From a virus (lineage: Duplodnaviria; Caudoviricetes), in the IMG/VR virus record IMGVR_UViG_3300013119_000172, positions 1 through 53,641 of that record: 53,641 bases of DNA; one strand, given 5' to 3'. Positions 45,229 to 53,641 of this stretch are shown here, piece after piece. The position numbers and the translations under genes were made by a program. The first letter of the stretch is position 1. Every line of letters starts with the position of its first letter. The notes under the pieces are model-generated. The model had not been told where the DNA came from, ran no database searches, and saw only the letters and a list, made by a program, of their open reading frames with translations.

Positions 45229-46085
45229 TGAATCTTCCCTATCATTAAAATCTCTCTTGCTTTCTTGGCCTCAAAGCCATCAGTAGTCTTCTTTCGCCTT
45301 CCTGCTGTATAAGTTACATCAAAATATACCATATCATTCTTTCCCACTCTTTCCTCAAAGAAGTTGTCTCCTACGTCTCTATTACTCATCATAGCATGTG
45401 CTCCCCTTGAAGTCAAGTCATTTAAGAAAGATATAACTTTTTCTTGGATTTCGTCATCAAAGTCGACGCCATACTTCGTGAAAGAGCCGCGATAAGGTGG
45501 ATCAAGGAAAGCATAAGTGTTTGATTTAACTTCGCCCAAAGTGTCGGCAAAATCACCCGACATAAGCTTGCACCGTTTTAATGCCGTGTGCCATTCCAAT
45601 ACGTTGTCCTTGTCATAAACTTTGTCCTTTTGATTCAATAGCCCAGAGGGAGTACCGAATCTGCCATTTGTGTTATTGTTGATCTGCCAGATGCCATTAA
45701 AGCCTGTCTTCATCAAGAAATATAAGGTTGCAGATTCTTTGATTGCAGACCATTCAGCATAGTGGTATGCATGTTGATCTCTAAGGTTATAATAATACTT
45801 TTTTCGTTCTGGTTTATCTAGAGGTAGAAATTCGGATTGATAGTTATCCATTACTTCCATAAACTCTTCTGGGTTCTGTTGTATGGCTCGATATATATTC
45901 ATGATCGATTCATTGATATCATTTAAAACAAAAGTTGCCTCTGGGTTCTGCTTATATGCCCACACAAACATGGCTCCTGCGCCAAAAAACGGCTCAATAT
46001 AGTGTTCAAATGAGTCGGGGAGATGTTCTTTGTACTTCTTGAGCATTTTGGTCTTTCCACCTGCCCACATAAATAATGGTTTCAT
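45225..46085 (-). CDS. dam: DNA adenine methyltransferase (Dam/D12 class)
   Basis: KPLFMWAGGK, EPFFGAGA, NDIN, FNG, FLDPPY, MSN. Confidence 0.92.
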   Translation of the reverse strand: MKPLFMWAGGKTKMLKKYKEHLPDSFEHYIEPFFGAGAMFVWAYKQNPEATFVLNDINESIMNIYRAIQQNPEEFMEVMDNYQSEFLPLDKPERKKYYYNLRDQHAYHYAEWSAIKESATLYFLMKTGFNGIWQINNNTNGRFGTPSGLLNQKDKVYDKDNVLEWHTALKRCKLMSGDFADTLGEVKSNTYAFLDPPYRGSFTKYGVDFDDEIQEKVISFLNDLTSRGAHAMMSNRDVGDNFFEERVGKNDMVYFDVTYTAGRRKKTTDGFEAKKAREILMIGKIQ

Positions 46086-46112
46086 TTATCCACCCTTCTT
46101 ATAATAAAAAAT

Positions 46113-46143
46113 AAGGCACCTGTAGACCCGTGCCTTCCTGCGG
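46113..46143 (-). repeat. Hairpin repeat copy 1 (terminator-like; followed by ATTTTTT on the minus strand)
   Basis: Minus strand CCGCAGG-AAGGCAC-GGGTCTACAG-GTGCCTT. Confidence 0.8.
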
Positions 46144-46150
46144 TTGCAAA

Positions 46151-46264
46151 CTACTCTGCGGTAGGGTTGCTTGTATCTACTACTGCTGTGTCATCTTTAG
46201 CATCGCTACAGCCGTTACAGCCAGATAGCGCCACAGTAAGTACTGTAATCATCAATGTTTTCAT
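46151..46264 (-). CDS. 37-aa lipoprotein
   Basis: AAGGAGG RBS; MKTLMITVLTVALSG-C lipobox. Confidence 0.8.
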   Translation of the reverse strand: MKTLMITVLTVALSGCNGCSDAKDDTAVVDTSNPTAE

Positions 46265-46291
46265 AATGTCCTCCTTTACATATAGAATAGC

Positions 46292-46322
46292 AAGGCATCT
46301 GTAACCCCATGCCTTCCTGCGG
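46292..46322 (-). repeat. Hairpin repeat copy 2
   Basis: CCGCAGG-AAGGCAT-GGGGTTACAG-ATGCCTT; 27/31 nt identical to copy 1. Confidence 0.8.
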
Positions 46323-46407
46323 GTGGGGGCTACGCAGCCTCCCAAGTGTATAAACGGAGCAGACTATTTTCATGACCGGTCTGCTATCGGTCGCGTTCAA
46401 GAATGAA

Positions 46408-47184
46408 CTATGCGCCGGCCATTAACTCGTTGAAGGCTCGGTCTACTTCGTTGCCACCAGAATTGGTAGCGGCATACTTGGTGGTTTCCGTACTTCGACT
46501 TTCGGCAGAACCATTTCCAGCAAGTTGCTCATCAAGTATCGCATCAATCTGCTCTTTGGTCTGTCGCTCGAATAGCGAGTCGAAGTCGGGCATACGATCT
46601 AGGAGGGAAGGGATCGCTTCATCGTCTTCGAGCAAGAGTGATGTATTTCGTCGCATTTTCAGACTTGTCTGAGGGAATGCACCAGGCTTATTCGGCTTGG
46701 TGTATGTTAGGGCGATGTCAGTGCCCTCTTTGGCGTCAGTAATGTCGCCATACTCTGGGTCAAGGATATAACCAAGCAACAGTTCGTATGCTTGTTTTCC
46801 GTAACCATAAATTTTAATTCCTTCTTCTTCTCGGCCTCGGACAAGGACTGGGGAGAAGTATCTGGTTCGAACAAATAGGCTCTTTGCGAGATTCTTCGTT
46901 TCTGTGTCGTTTTTGTCTGTTCCTTCGCGCCATAGTGCGGAAGCAAACTCGCAAATCGGACAGGCTTCACCAAAGTTGCGTTTCGGGCACACAATCCCGC
47001 CTCTATGTTGACCGACATTGTAATGGAAGAACATTTCCTTAAGCGGGTCGCCGTCTTTAGTTGGGACGATACGAATGGTTGTTTCGCCCTCGTCTGGCTT
47101 GAAGAATGGACCGTGGTCTTTCTTCGCTCCTTCACCTCGTAGTGAAGCTAGTTTCTCTCTCATCAGTTTCATATCAATACTCAT
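46408..47184 (-). CDS. Single-stranded DNA-binding protein (T4 gp32-like)
   Basis: FFKP..G...IRIVP, H..C...CPIC zinc site, DITD..EGTD, C-terminal DRAFNELM. Confidence 0.87.
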   Translation of the reverse strand: MSIDMKLMREKLASLRGEGAKKDHGPFFKPDEGETTIRIVPTKDGDPLKEMFFHYNVGQHRGGIVCPKRNFGEACPICEFASALWREGTDKNDTETKNLAKSLFVRTRYFSPVLVRGREEEGIKIYGYGKQAYELLLGYILDPEYGDITDAKEGTDIALTYTKPNKPGAFPQTSLKMRRNTSLLLEDDEAIPSLLDRMPDFDSLFERQTKEQIDAILDEQLAGNGSAESRSTETTKYAATNSGGNEVDRAFNELMAGA

Positions 47185-47233
47185 TATGCAGTCTCCTTTT
47201 TTTGTTATGCTTGAGTTCGGGTGTAAGCTTTCC

Positions 47234-48118
47234 TTACCCCTCTAATGTATCACCATTCAACGAGCTTGTCAAGTGGTTTTTTTGTTTTTGTGTCGCATTT
47301 GTATTAGCCACGACAAAGCCAAAGTCTTGTTTGTGTTCGGTGCCATAAATGGCATACGAAATGTGCTTAAAGGCATTTTTTGGTTTATTCTTCAAAATAT
47401 CTACTAGCCTTCGGTGGAGTCCACCATCAGTCTCAAGAGCCTCATCTCTGATACATATATAATAACACATATCTCGCGAGTTGTCAAGGTCAAATAGCCA
47501 TTTTTCTTCTAAAGTTTTTGGATTTAATATTCCAATTGTTCTTATTCTGTTAATGTCGTTGGGCTTCGATATAACACCTATCTCTGGATCAGCATGAGTG
47601 AAATAGTTGTAATAATGAACAGTCGAAAAAATTGAATTATTGATCGTATCAAAATATGTTTTAATGGGCACTTGTCCAACAACCTCTTCAACTTTTAAAT
47701 TGGAAATAAGAGTCACAGATGACAAAAGGCCAGATCTTGCGTACTCCTGTAATACACCAAAGACTGCTTGCTCTACTAGTCTCGGCATTCCTGTTAAAAG
47801 TTCTGTGTCTGGTTTAATGTAGAATACTTCTATTTTTTTATTTTTAATCTGCTCAAGTATTCCCAAAACATAGTTCGAACTAAACGAGGAGCCAACAACG
47901 AACACTTGTACGTGATCGTTAATGTCGGTAAAAAACTTAGTGAGGTCGGGGATGTTCTTTTCATAGTCCTCTGGGTTTGCATATGTTTTTAGTTTATATT
48001 TCCTCTTCGACGACCGAGCTACAGAACTGCTCATTTGATATACATCGTAGTTGCTCGTTGAGTTGAACTTTTCAGCAATCGCTGAGGCACCGTTGCCTAT
48101 TCCGACTATTGAAATCAT
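47234..48118 (-). CDS. Divergent tubulin/FtsZ-like protein
   Basis: ISIVGIGNGASAIAEKF is an FtsZ/PhuZ T1-like loop; LISN strand; the GGGTGSG signature appears replaced by VGSSFSSN. Confidence 0.6.
   Translation of the reverse strand: MISIVGIGNGASAIAEKFNSTSNYDVYQMSSSVARSSKRKYKLKTYANPEDYEKNIPDLTKFFTDINDHVQVFVVGSSFSSNYVLGILEQIKNKKIEVFYIKPDTELLTGMPRLVEQAVFGVLQEYARSGLLSSVTLISNLKVEEVVGQVPIKTYFDTINNSIFSTVHYYNYFTHADPEIGVISKPNDINRIRTIGILNPKTLEEKWLFDLDNSRDMCYYICIRDEALETDGGLHRRLVDILKNKPKNAFKHISYAIYGTEHKQDFGFVVANTNATQKQKNHLTSSLNGDTLEG
47244..47272 (-). promoter_or_regulatory. Sigma70-type promoter TTGACA-17-TACATT for ssb
   Basis: In the 3' end of the tubulin-like gene, about 60 nt before ssb. Confidence 0.75.
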
Positions 48119-49302
48119 ATATCCAACCTCGTGAAGTCTAAATAGTTCTCTCCAATATTTAGATTAACTTTAAATGATCCAAGTTTATTGACAGAAAATG
48201 CCTCTTGTATTTCGGGAACAAGATAACGATCCTCTTCAGCTAAATCAACAACTATCTCGTCATGAACAATGTGGGAAATAAAACTTTTCTTGTTCGCTAG
48301 TAGCTCGTCTATTGCAACAGCACGCCCTAATACCAAATCAGAAGTTGTACTCTGAATTAGATAGTTAAATGACCTACGCTCATCTATTTTAATGTGTCTG
48401 TTCATTGGAGTGCTAATATAACCATCTTTGTACCACTTGTCAAGTAATTTCTCACGGTCATAAACACCTGCGGCGGTCGAATCAGAATTATAGTCATAGA
48501 GCCACGCAAAAAACTTTACTTTAGCGGCCTCACGGTCAATCTTACGGTCTCTAAAAATGTTTTCCATATTCCACTCGTGGATATCTTTTTCTGGCTGGTC
48601 AACGCCCAGTAAGCCAAGCACAGTGCGTGCCTCTGCTCCATTGTAATCTAGAGATAAGAACCATCTATTGTGGGGGCGAATTAAAGCACGAAAGTCTTTC
48701 TTCATTGTTAGAATCGGACAAGAGCCAGTTTTTGTAGTTAGCCTACCGGTGACAGTTCCAAATAGATTATAGTCAATGTGTTTGGGGCCATTCATAAACT
48801 CACGAGCTTTTGTGCGAGTGTTATAGCCAACAAATAGGTTGCGGGCTTTAGAACTATCGAAATTTAGATTCTGGTATTTTATCTTATAGAGTAATCTCTC
48901 TATTGATGCTAAATGATCGTAGTTGGCGGGGCGCTCGTAGTTGTCAAAAACGTGTTGTGTGACTTTATTTTTAATCTCGCAGAACTCTGTTAAGAAGTCA
49001 TGAGGCACAAGATCATAAAAACAATGTTCTCGCAAGTTGATACGGCCAAGCTGAAAAGATTTAAGATATGCCCTAAATGTACGTTGGATGCGACTGACAT
49101 CTTCCTTTTGTTCTTGTGAGCAAGCGTCCTCTAGTGTCTTTCCGTTAACATAAAGCCAAGCATATTCAACACTTGAATCCGTTATCGACGGAGTATATCT
49201 CCATGTTTTCGTTAAATTGGCTGGTATGTGGTCAAAGTGCAATTGTCCATCAACATAAATTCCAACGCAATCTGATTTGTCGTCTAGTGTTTGAAATATC
49301 AA
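48115..49302 (-). CDS. Minimal family-A DNA polymerase (palm/fingers)
   Basis: TVTGRL, motif A LDYNGAEAR, motif B REAAK..FF..LY, NYLIQS, motif C VHDEI; only 395 aa. Confidence 0.85.
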   Translation of the reverse strand: MIFQTLDDKSDCVGIYVDGQLHFDHIPANLTKTWRYTPSITDSSVEYAWLYVNGKTLEDACSQEQKEDVSRIQRTFRAYLKSFQLGRINLREHCFYDLVPHDFLTEFCEIKNKVTQHVFDNYERPANYDHLASIERLLYKIKYQNLNFDSSKARNLFVGYNTRTKAREFMNGPKHIDYNLFGTVTGRLTTKTGSCPILTMKKDFRALIRPHNRWFLSLDYNGAEARTVLGLLGVDQPEKDIHEWNMENIFRDRKIDREAAKVKFFAWLYDYNSDSTAAGVYDREKLLDKWYKDGYISTPMNRHIKIDERRSFNYLIQSTTSDLVLGRAVAIDELLANKKSFISHIVHDEIVVDLAEEDRYLVPEIQEAFSVNKLGSFKVNLNIGENYLDFTRLDI

Positions 49303-50498
49303 GGTTCCTCCGAACGTGCGTTTATTCTCCTTACAATATAACTCAACGAACCCGATTTGTCAAATGGTTTGTTGGCTATTCTTTCAAACACAAACAAAGA
49401 AGCTTTTATTCCCTTATTGTCATACAATTGAAGAGTGTCAGACAATAGTTTTATTTTATCTTCTTTCGGCATTGTTCCTTCTTCTTCAATAAGTCGCAAC
49501 TTACAATATAATTCTAACATATTCCGTTCAGAAAAATGTTTATTCAAGCTCTCCGATGTATAAGTCAATGGTTTTTTGTAATGTGTGACAACTTTGCCAG
49601 CACATTCAGAAGTAAATGTGACAGTTTTTTTGATAGAGTTGTGATATATGTCTCGAATACTGATAACAAACTTGTTAAATGAACTTAAATAAGAAGAATT
49701 ATAAGACGACCACAGAACAAGATCTGTTTCTGACTGGTCGTATTTGGCTGCATACTGTTGCATCTGCTTGGAGCCTATGTCGGCGACCAATCGCCAAGGA
49801 TGAGATTTGTCTACCATAAATCCATATGTGGTGCAAGCATTTAAATAAAACTCCCAATTGGGGCTATTGATAAACTTATTAATCTTTTCACTGTCGTCAG
49901 TGGATTTGAGATTGGCTATATCAATGACTAAGCCGGATACATTCATTGGGCATCTACGACTTTTAATATAAGATATCTTGGTCAAAGGCACTGATTCTAA
50001 CGAGCGCGTAAAAACGGGAATCAGTGCGGTCGTGAATTCTGTAAAGTTCATTATTTGAGGGTTTCTTCTTTTTATCTCTTTCGATAATATGTCGACATGC
50101 AAATTGTGGTAACTGCTGTATTCTTTGTTGATGTCCTGATAGCCTTTAAATGCCCGTAGTGATGTCAAGAATGGATCTTGGGTGCCTATTTCGCCAGACA
50201 AAGATTTTTTATCGAATTGTCTAACTAAATCTGAAAAAGCATCGGCCACAAAATTCAACACACGAATATCTCGATTTCCAGAAACTGATTTAATCGACTT
50301 GAGCCTTCGTTTGTTGACTATTTCCAGTGGCACATTGAATCTATCTACACGACCATATAGCAGTTTTTCGCCAAAGTTAAAATCAGTCAGAGTTGAGTAT
50401 TTTTCTCTATGGCTCTGTAGCGTATCGTTGTATATCACTCTTTCATCAAATAATTTGATTGTCTTTTCGGCATTATTCTTTTTGTATTTGGCCATCAA
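49299..50498 (-). CDS. Hypothetical phage protein
   Basis: Long ORF coupled to neighbours; YGFMVDKSHPWRLVAD segment. Confidence 0.75.
   Translation of the reverse strand: MMAKYKKNNAEKTIKLFDERVIYNDTLQSHREKYSTLTDFNFGEKLLYGRVDRFNVPLEIVNKRRLKSIKSVSGNRDIRVLNFVADAFSDLVRQFDKKSLSGEIGTQDPFLTSLRAFKGYQDINKEYSSYHNLHVDILSKEIKRRNPQIMNFTEFTTALIPVFTRSLESVPLTKISYIKSRRCPMNVSGLVIDIANLKSTDDSEKINKFINSPNWEFYLNACTTYGFMVDKSHPWRLVADIGSKQMQQYAAKYDQSETDLVLWSSYNSSYLSSFNKFVISIRDIYHNSIKKTVTFTSECAGKVVTHYKKPLTYTSESLNKHFSERNMLELYCKLRLIEEEGTMPKEDKIKLLSDTLQLYDNKGIKASLFVFERIANKPFDKSGSLSYIVRRINARSEEP
49335..49363 (-). promoter_or_regulatory. Sigma70-type promoter TTGACA-17-TATATT for the polA-like gene
   Basis: Within the upstream gene's 3' end, about 30 nt before the start. 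Confidence 0.75.
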
Positions 50499-53400
50499 CT
50501 TTTACTCACTACTTCTTTTGAATTCTGTATGCTGCACCAAGAGGGGGCATTAGTTGTATCCTTTTCCGAAACATTGTCCAATTCAGTGTGCACTTTGGGC
50601 GTTATGCTAGCAACCCATTTGGCCGATATTGATGTCTCTGCTCTTCCAGGACCAAAACTGTGCTCTGATCGCACTATCATGTGGTAGCCACCAATGCCTA
50701 TTTGTGTCAAATCTGCCCTTGATCTGACAGACGGAGAAAAGCCGGCTGGATCTACATATATGTATACCCCAGGATATGCATTGACATTAGTGAAAGTCTT
50801 TATATCAATATCATAGACCTCTCTTAACTGACTAAGGCCATCATAACCATCTTGTTCGAATCTCAGCTCTTTGAGACCAGTTGAGTCAGTCCTCTTTAAA
50901 TTGATTGCTTTTACTATTCCTCTATCCTTTCCCACAGAATAATGAAATATGCCTCGTGAGTGATCTCTAACAATATTACCATTCATTTTCTCTGATGGCT
51001 GGGAGCGGCCAGCATAATAAGCTAAATAGTTGATCTCTTCACCGACAGCACCCGACGAAGCAGGGCTGTTTACTCTGCCAGAGATATTTCTTAGCAATGG
51101 TCGACTACTCATTACATCACCTAGTGTAAGTCGATTCTTCCAGTCTATGGGCCATGGGCCTGGACCCAATGTAAGGTCAGTTATTTCATCTACGCCAGTC
51201 GATCTATTTTTGTACGAAGTCAAGGAAGCTTGGCTAACTCTTGTTCTTTGCTTTGCTTGACTGCCAAAACATTCTTCCTCATTCAGAAATTCGCTAATAA
51301 GATTATTAAAGAAATCATTCAAAAATTTGGGCAATGGGTAATAAGATTCACCTCGTTTGGCCATTTTGCGAGACATCCACTCAGTGAAATATTTTATCGA
51401 AATAGGCAAGTCCCCCATAGAAATCAAGATAGTTTTATTTATATCTGATTGGTCTTTAATCTCTAGTGGGCCCAACAGGACACGCAGTTTTTTAAATTGT
51501 GTCTCCATTTTTCGGACATTCTCGGCTTCTTCTTCTAAAATGGCATCAACTGCTGCTCCATGGATAATCTGACCAGTAGGTGTTTTTAGAATTTCACCCG
51601 GATCCTTTGACAAATTAGAGATAAAGTTGGCCATATGATCTTTGCCATATGTGGTGCCTATATTTTGCAATATGACATCGATTAGATCGCTAACATAGAA
51701 GAACGGAACTGTTTGTATGTCGTCTGTGTCTTCTGTGGCTATAGACTTAAAGCTTTCTAGTCTCTTTTCATTGTCGCCTAAGTCATTCTCAATTATAGCT
51801 TGACTCATTGAATTAGCTAGATCTTCCGTGTCCGTAGGTGCGGGAGATGAGAAATCACTTGATGTCAATGCATCTTCCATTTTATAAAACGGACCTTGAC
51901 GTAGCATTTCTCGTACCTGTTTATCGGTGATATCAACAAATCTTATTTTACCATTAGAGGATAAATCTGTCACGATGGAGGCAAGGCTTATTTTCTTGTC
52001 ATCATCTATTTCCGAAGCAGATGACTTCTTTAATTCTTGGCGGTGCTCTGATTCGCATTTCTCGGAAAACACTTTTGTTTTGATTTTTCGAACCAGGCGG
52101 CGCTTCTCTGGCTCAGTACTTGAAAATATATTAAATGACGGCTGATCAAAAAAGTCTTCAACATAAGCTAGATATTGAATCTTAAATACGACTCTTCCGT
52201 TTTCATCAATGTCAAAGTCATGAACAGTTGGGGTTAAATTTAACGTAACATACGAATTATATATAGCGTCTTTTACTTCGCTTCTTATGATGCTCCTACC
52301 GGATCCAGAATAAGAAGTGTCCTTGGCTTTGCTTGCCCAGCCAACTACTGCCTTAAGGCGGAAGTCAAGTTTATCTAAATTGTTTGACAATTCTTCATTA
52401 TTTTGTGCTTTAGTGGCAGATGCTTTTGAAGCTGACGAACGACCTGTCTTAAGAGCCAAATCAACATATTTGAAAGTGTGATTACGGCCTGTTTGCCTTT
52501 CAGTTAGCAACTCATCAAAGTCATTTGCAAAAATAGATAAAGAAGCCTTTATGCTCTTCTTGAGGGCAAATGGGTTATCCGCCTCATAAGAAAAAGTAAA
52601 ATCTTGTATACCGACGCCAGCGCCACGCTTAGTGCGATCCTTAAATAAAGCTAGATCTCTCTTTGTAAAATAAGAGTCGAATGGTATTTCAAACTCCTCC
52701 TCTGTTCCATCGGCATATGCTTTTATCTTATATAACCTAATCATCGGCTGTAGGTTTGAAATCTCGCTTGTTTTGATATTCAGTAGATCTCCGTAACCCG
52801 GAAATTGAGTTAAGTGGTTCATGAACGCAAACGGATCACCTTCAACCTGTAGACATGCGTTATGTTCTGCCCTCACCCAGTCAGAGCCCGGCAACGATGT
52901 ATATGGCATCCTCTTTGCCAAGTTTGTCTTATCTAGTATGCCAACTTTGTAATGTGCAAAAGCAGGTATCTGTGACAGTAGGAAACACTGTTCTTTGAAG
53001 AATGGGGGGAAAGTACCAGACACAGCGTCAGCAAAGATCTCAGCATCGGAATCATCAAGTTTATCTTCTGCAACTTCTAGTCGCTCTATCGCCTTTGTTG
53101 TTTTCTCAGAATCTTCTTGCGGTACCCCGAAAACACGATCAAAGATATTAAGGTCTTTTCTTTTTTGATAGGCCACATCTTGACGCATTTTTGTGGCGTT
53201 TTCTTTATTTTCTTGTCTTTTTTTGGATAAAAACGCCCCTATCTGGTCATTGGTGGCCGATGCCGCCTGAAGTATCTTAAATTTGTGGTCGTCCATTGGT
53301 TTTGTAGACAACACCGTTGCCATCAAGGTACCTATAGCTCCAGCAGTAGCAGATGCACTATAATCATCAGAGTTAGTGTTCCACCATTTGTCGTCAGACA

Positions 53401-53560
53401 ACTCCGGTATTAAGTTTATGTTGTCATATAGCTCATCAGATAAAGCCACATATCTCTCTGATTCCTTTCGCTTTTTCTCAGCTTCTGCCTCAGAGTCTAT
53501 TGCACTAGAGGGATCTCCCATTTCTTCGTCGTCGGAGAACCATTCGTCGTAGAAAGCCAT
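50495..53560 (-). CDS. Large structural protein, probably baseplate hub (T4 gp27 / late-control-D-like C-terminus)
   Basis: C-terminal ..PGVYIYVDP...IGIGGYHMIVRSEHSF...TSISAKW pattern; follows a LysM-like gene. Confidence 0.6.
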   Translation of the reverse strand: MAFYDEWFSDDEEMGDPSSAIDSEAEAEKKRKESERYVALSDELYDNINLIPELSDDKWWNTNSDDYSASATAGAIGTLMATVLSTKPMDDHKFKILQAASATNDQIGAFLSKKRQENKENATKMRQDVAYQKRKDLNIFDRVFGVPQEDSEKTTKAIERLEVAEDKLDDSDAEIFADAVSGTFPPFFKEQCFLLSQIPAFAHYKVGILDKTNLAKRMPYTSLPGSDWVRAEHNACLQVEGDPFAFMNHLTQFPGYGDLLNIKTSEISNLQPMIRLYKIKAYADGTEEEFEIPFDSYFTKRDLALFKDRTKRGAGVGIQDFTFSYEADNPFALKKSIKASLSIFANDFDELLTERQTGRNHTFKYVDLALKTGRSSASKASATKAQNNEELSNNLDKLDFRLKAVVGWASKAKDTSYSGSGRSIIRSEVKDAIYNSYVTLNLTPTVHDFDIDENGRVVFKIQYLAYVEDFFDQPSFNIFSSTEPEKRRLVRKIKTKVFSEKCESEHRQELKKSSASEIDDDKKISLASIVTDLSSNGKIRFVDITDKQVREMLRQGPFYKMEDALTSSDFSSPAPTDTEDLANSMSQAIIENDLGDNEKRLESFKSIATEDTDDIQTVPFFYVSDLIDVILQNIGTTYGKDHMANFISNLSKDPGEILKTPTGQIIHGAAVDAILEEEAENVRKMETQFKKLRVLLGPLEIKDQSDINKTILISMGDLPISIKYFTEWMSRKMAKRGESYYPLPKFLNDFFNNLISEFLNEEECFGSQAKQRTRVSQASLTSYKNRSTGVDEITDLTLGPGPWPIDWKNRLTLGDVMSSRPLLRNISGRVNSPASSGAVGEEINYLAYYAGRSQPSEKMNGNIVRDHSRGIFHYSVGKDRGIVKAINLKRTDSTGLKELRFEQDGYDGLSQLREVYDIDIKTFTNVNAYPGVYIYVDPAGFSPSVRSRADLTQIGIGGYHMIVRSEHSFGPGRAETSISAKWVASITPKVHTELDNVSEKDTTNAPSWCSIQNSKEVVSKS

Positions 53561-53563
53561 AAC

Positions 53564-53641
53564 CTATCCCTCCAATACTTTTAATGCTTCTGAAACATCG
53601 AGAGGTATCACAAGAGAGGCACCGGTTTTGATAGCCGCTTC
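53564..53641 (-). CDS. 3' end of a probable LysM / tail-X-like baseplate protein (partial)
   Basis: EAAIKTGASLVIP..LEG* resembles the LysM end IxxGxxLxIP. Confidence 0.55.
   Translation of the reverse strand, partial: EAAIKTGASLVIPLDVSEALKVLEG

Larger units (their letters stand above)
262..48146 (-). promoter_or_regulatory. Dispersed ACTATTTA box (TAAATAGT on +), candidate phage late promoter; 12 gene-proximal copies
   Basis: Copies start at 262, 4473, 8293, 10696, 11280, 16506, 22751, 29363, 36720, 40070 (TCTATTTA variant), 44082 and 48139, each 5-41 nt upstream of a minus-strand start codon. Confidence 0.75.

Noticed and set aside
46113-46322. Mini CRISPR array
   Set aside because: Only two imperfect repeats, 148 nt apart with a gene between them; no cas genes in the window.
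47234-48118. Evidence for a nucleus-forming (chimallin) phage
   Set aside because: A tubulin-like gene alone is insufficient; no chimallin or phiKZ-type RNAP subunit is recognisable, and host-type sigma70 promoters are abundant.
2-52145. All plus-strand ORFs in the track (e.g. 19422..19988, 24068..24808, 31440..32015)
   Set aside because: They are antisense shadows of well-supported minus-strand genes, with no RBS, motifs or promoters.
1-53641. Stop-codon reassignment, as seen in some large phages
   Set aside because: Conserved genes (dnaE, nrdJ, groEL, recA) are full length in the standard code, and TAA, TAG and TGA all end genes at tight junctions.
1-53641. Bacterial chromosome or prophage origin
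   Set aside because: Single-strand dense packing, T4-like SSB and helicase, virion genes, scattered groEL/groES, and no integrase or host operons point to a lytic large phage.

Overview
This window is a 53.6-kb piece of a large tailed-phage genome, probably a myophage and possibly jumbo-sized. Genes are densely packed, all credible genes are on the minus strand, and the genetic code is standard. Read in transcription order (right to left), it carries a baseplate-hub-like gene and a replication/recombination block: a minimal family-A polymerase, a degenerate tubulin/FtsZ-like protein, a gp32-type SSB, Dam, RecA/UvsX, a 5'-3' exonuclease, a helicase, an HNH endonuclease, class II RNR and DnaE. 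Also present are nucleotide-metabolism genes (dUTPase, ThyX-like, DUF3310, IMPDH/GMP reductase, thioredoxin), a protein-quality-control set (GroEL, GroES, J-domain protein, two ClpP), an amidase endolysin, tail-fibre genes, several lipoproteins and many small hypotheticals. The main signals beyond routine annotation are: (1) a 151-nt tRNA-elbow-like RNA with no anticodon arm, co-transcribed with an atypical initiator tRNA; (2) two promoter classes, 11 sigma70-type promoters and a recurring ACTATTTA box just upstream of about 12 mostly late or virion genes; (3) shared N-terminal Glu-ending leaders on unrelated enzymes (nucleotidyltransferase, ART-like, nuclease-like, a 1464-aa multidomain protein), suggesting a capsid-loaded effector system, including a gene for the leader alone; (4) a pseudoknot and a covarying repeated hairpin flanking a micro-lipoprotein gene after ssb; (5) several apparent pseudo-enzymes. 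All product calls come from motif recognition by eye; no database searches were run.
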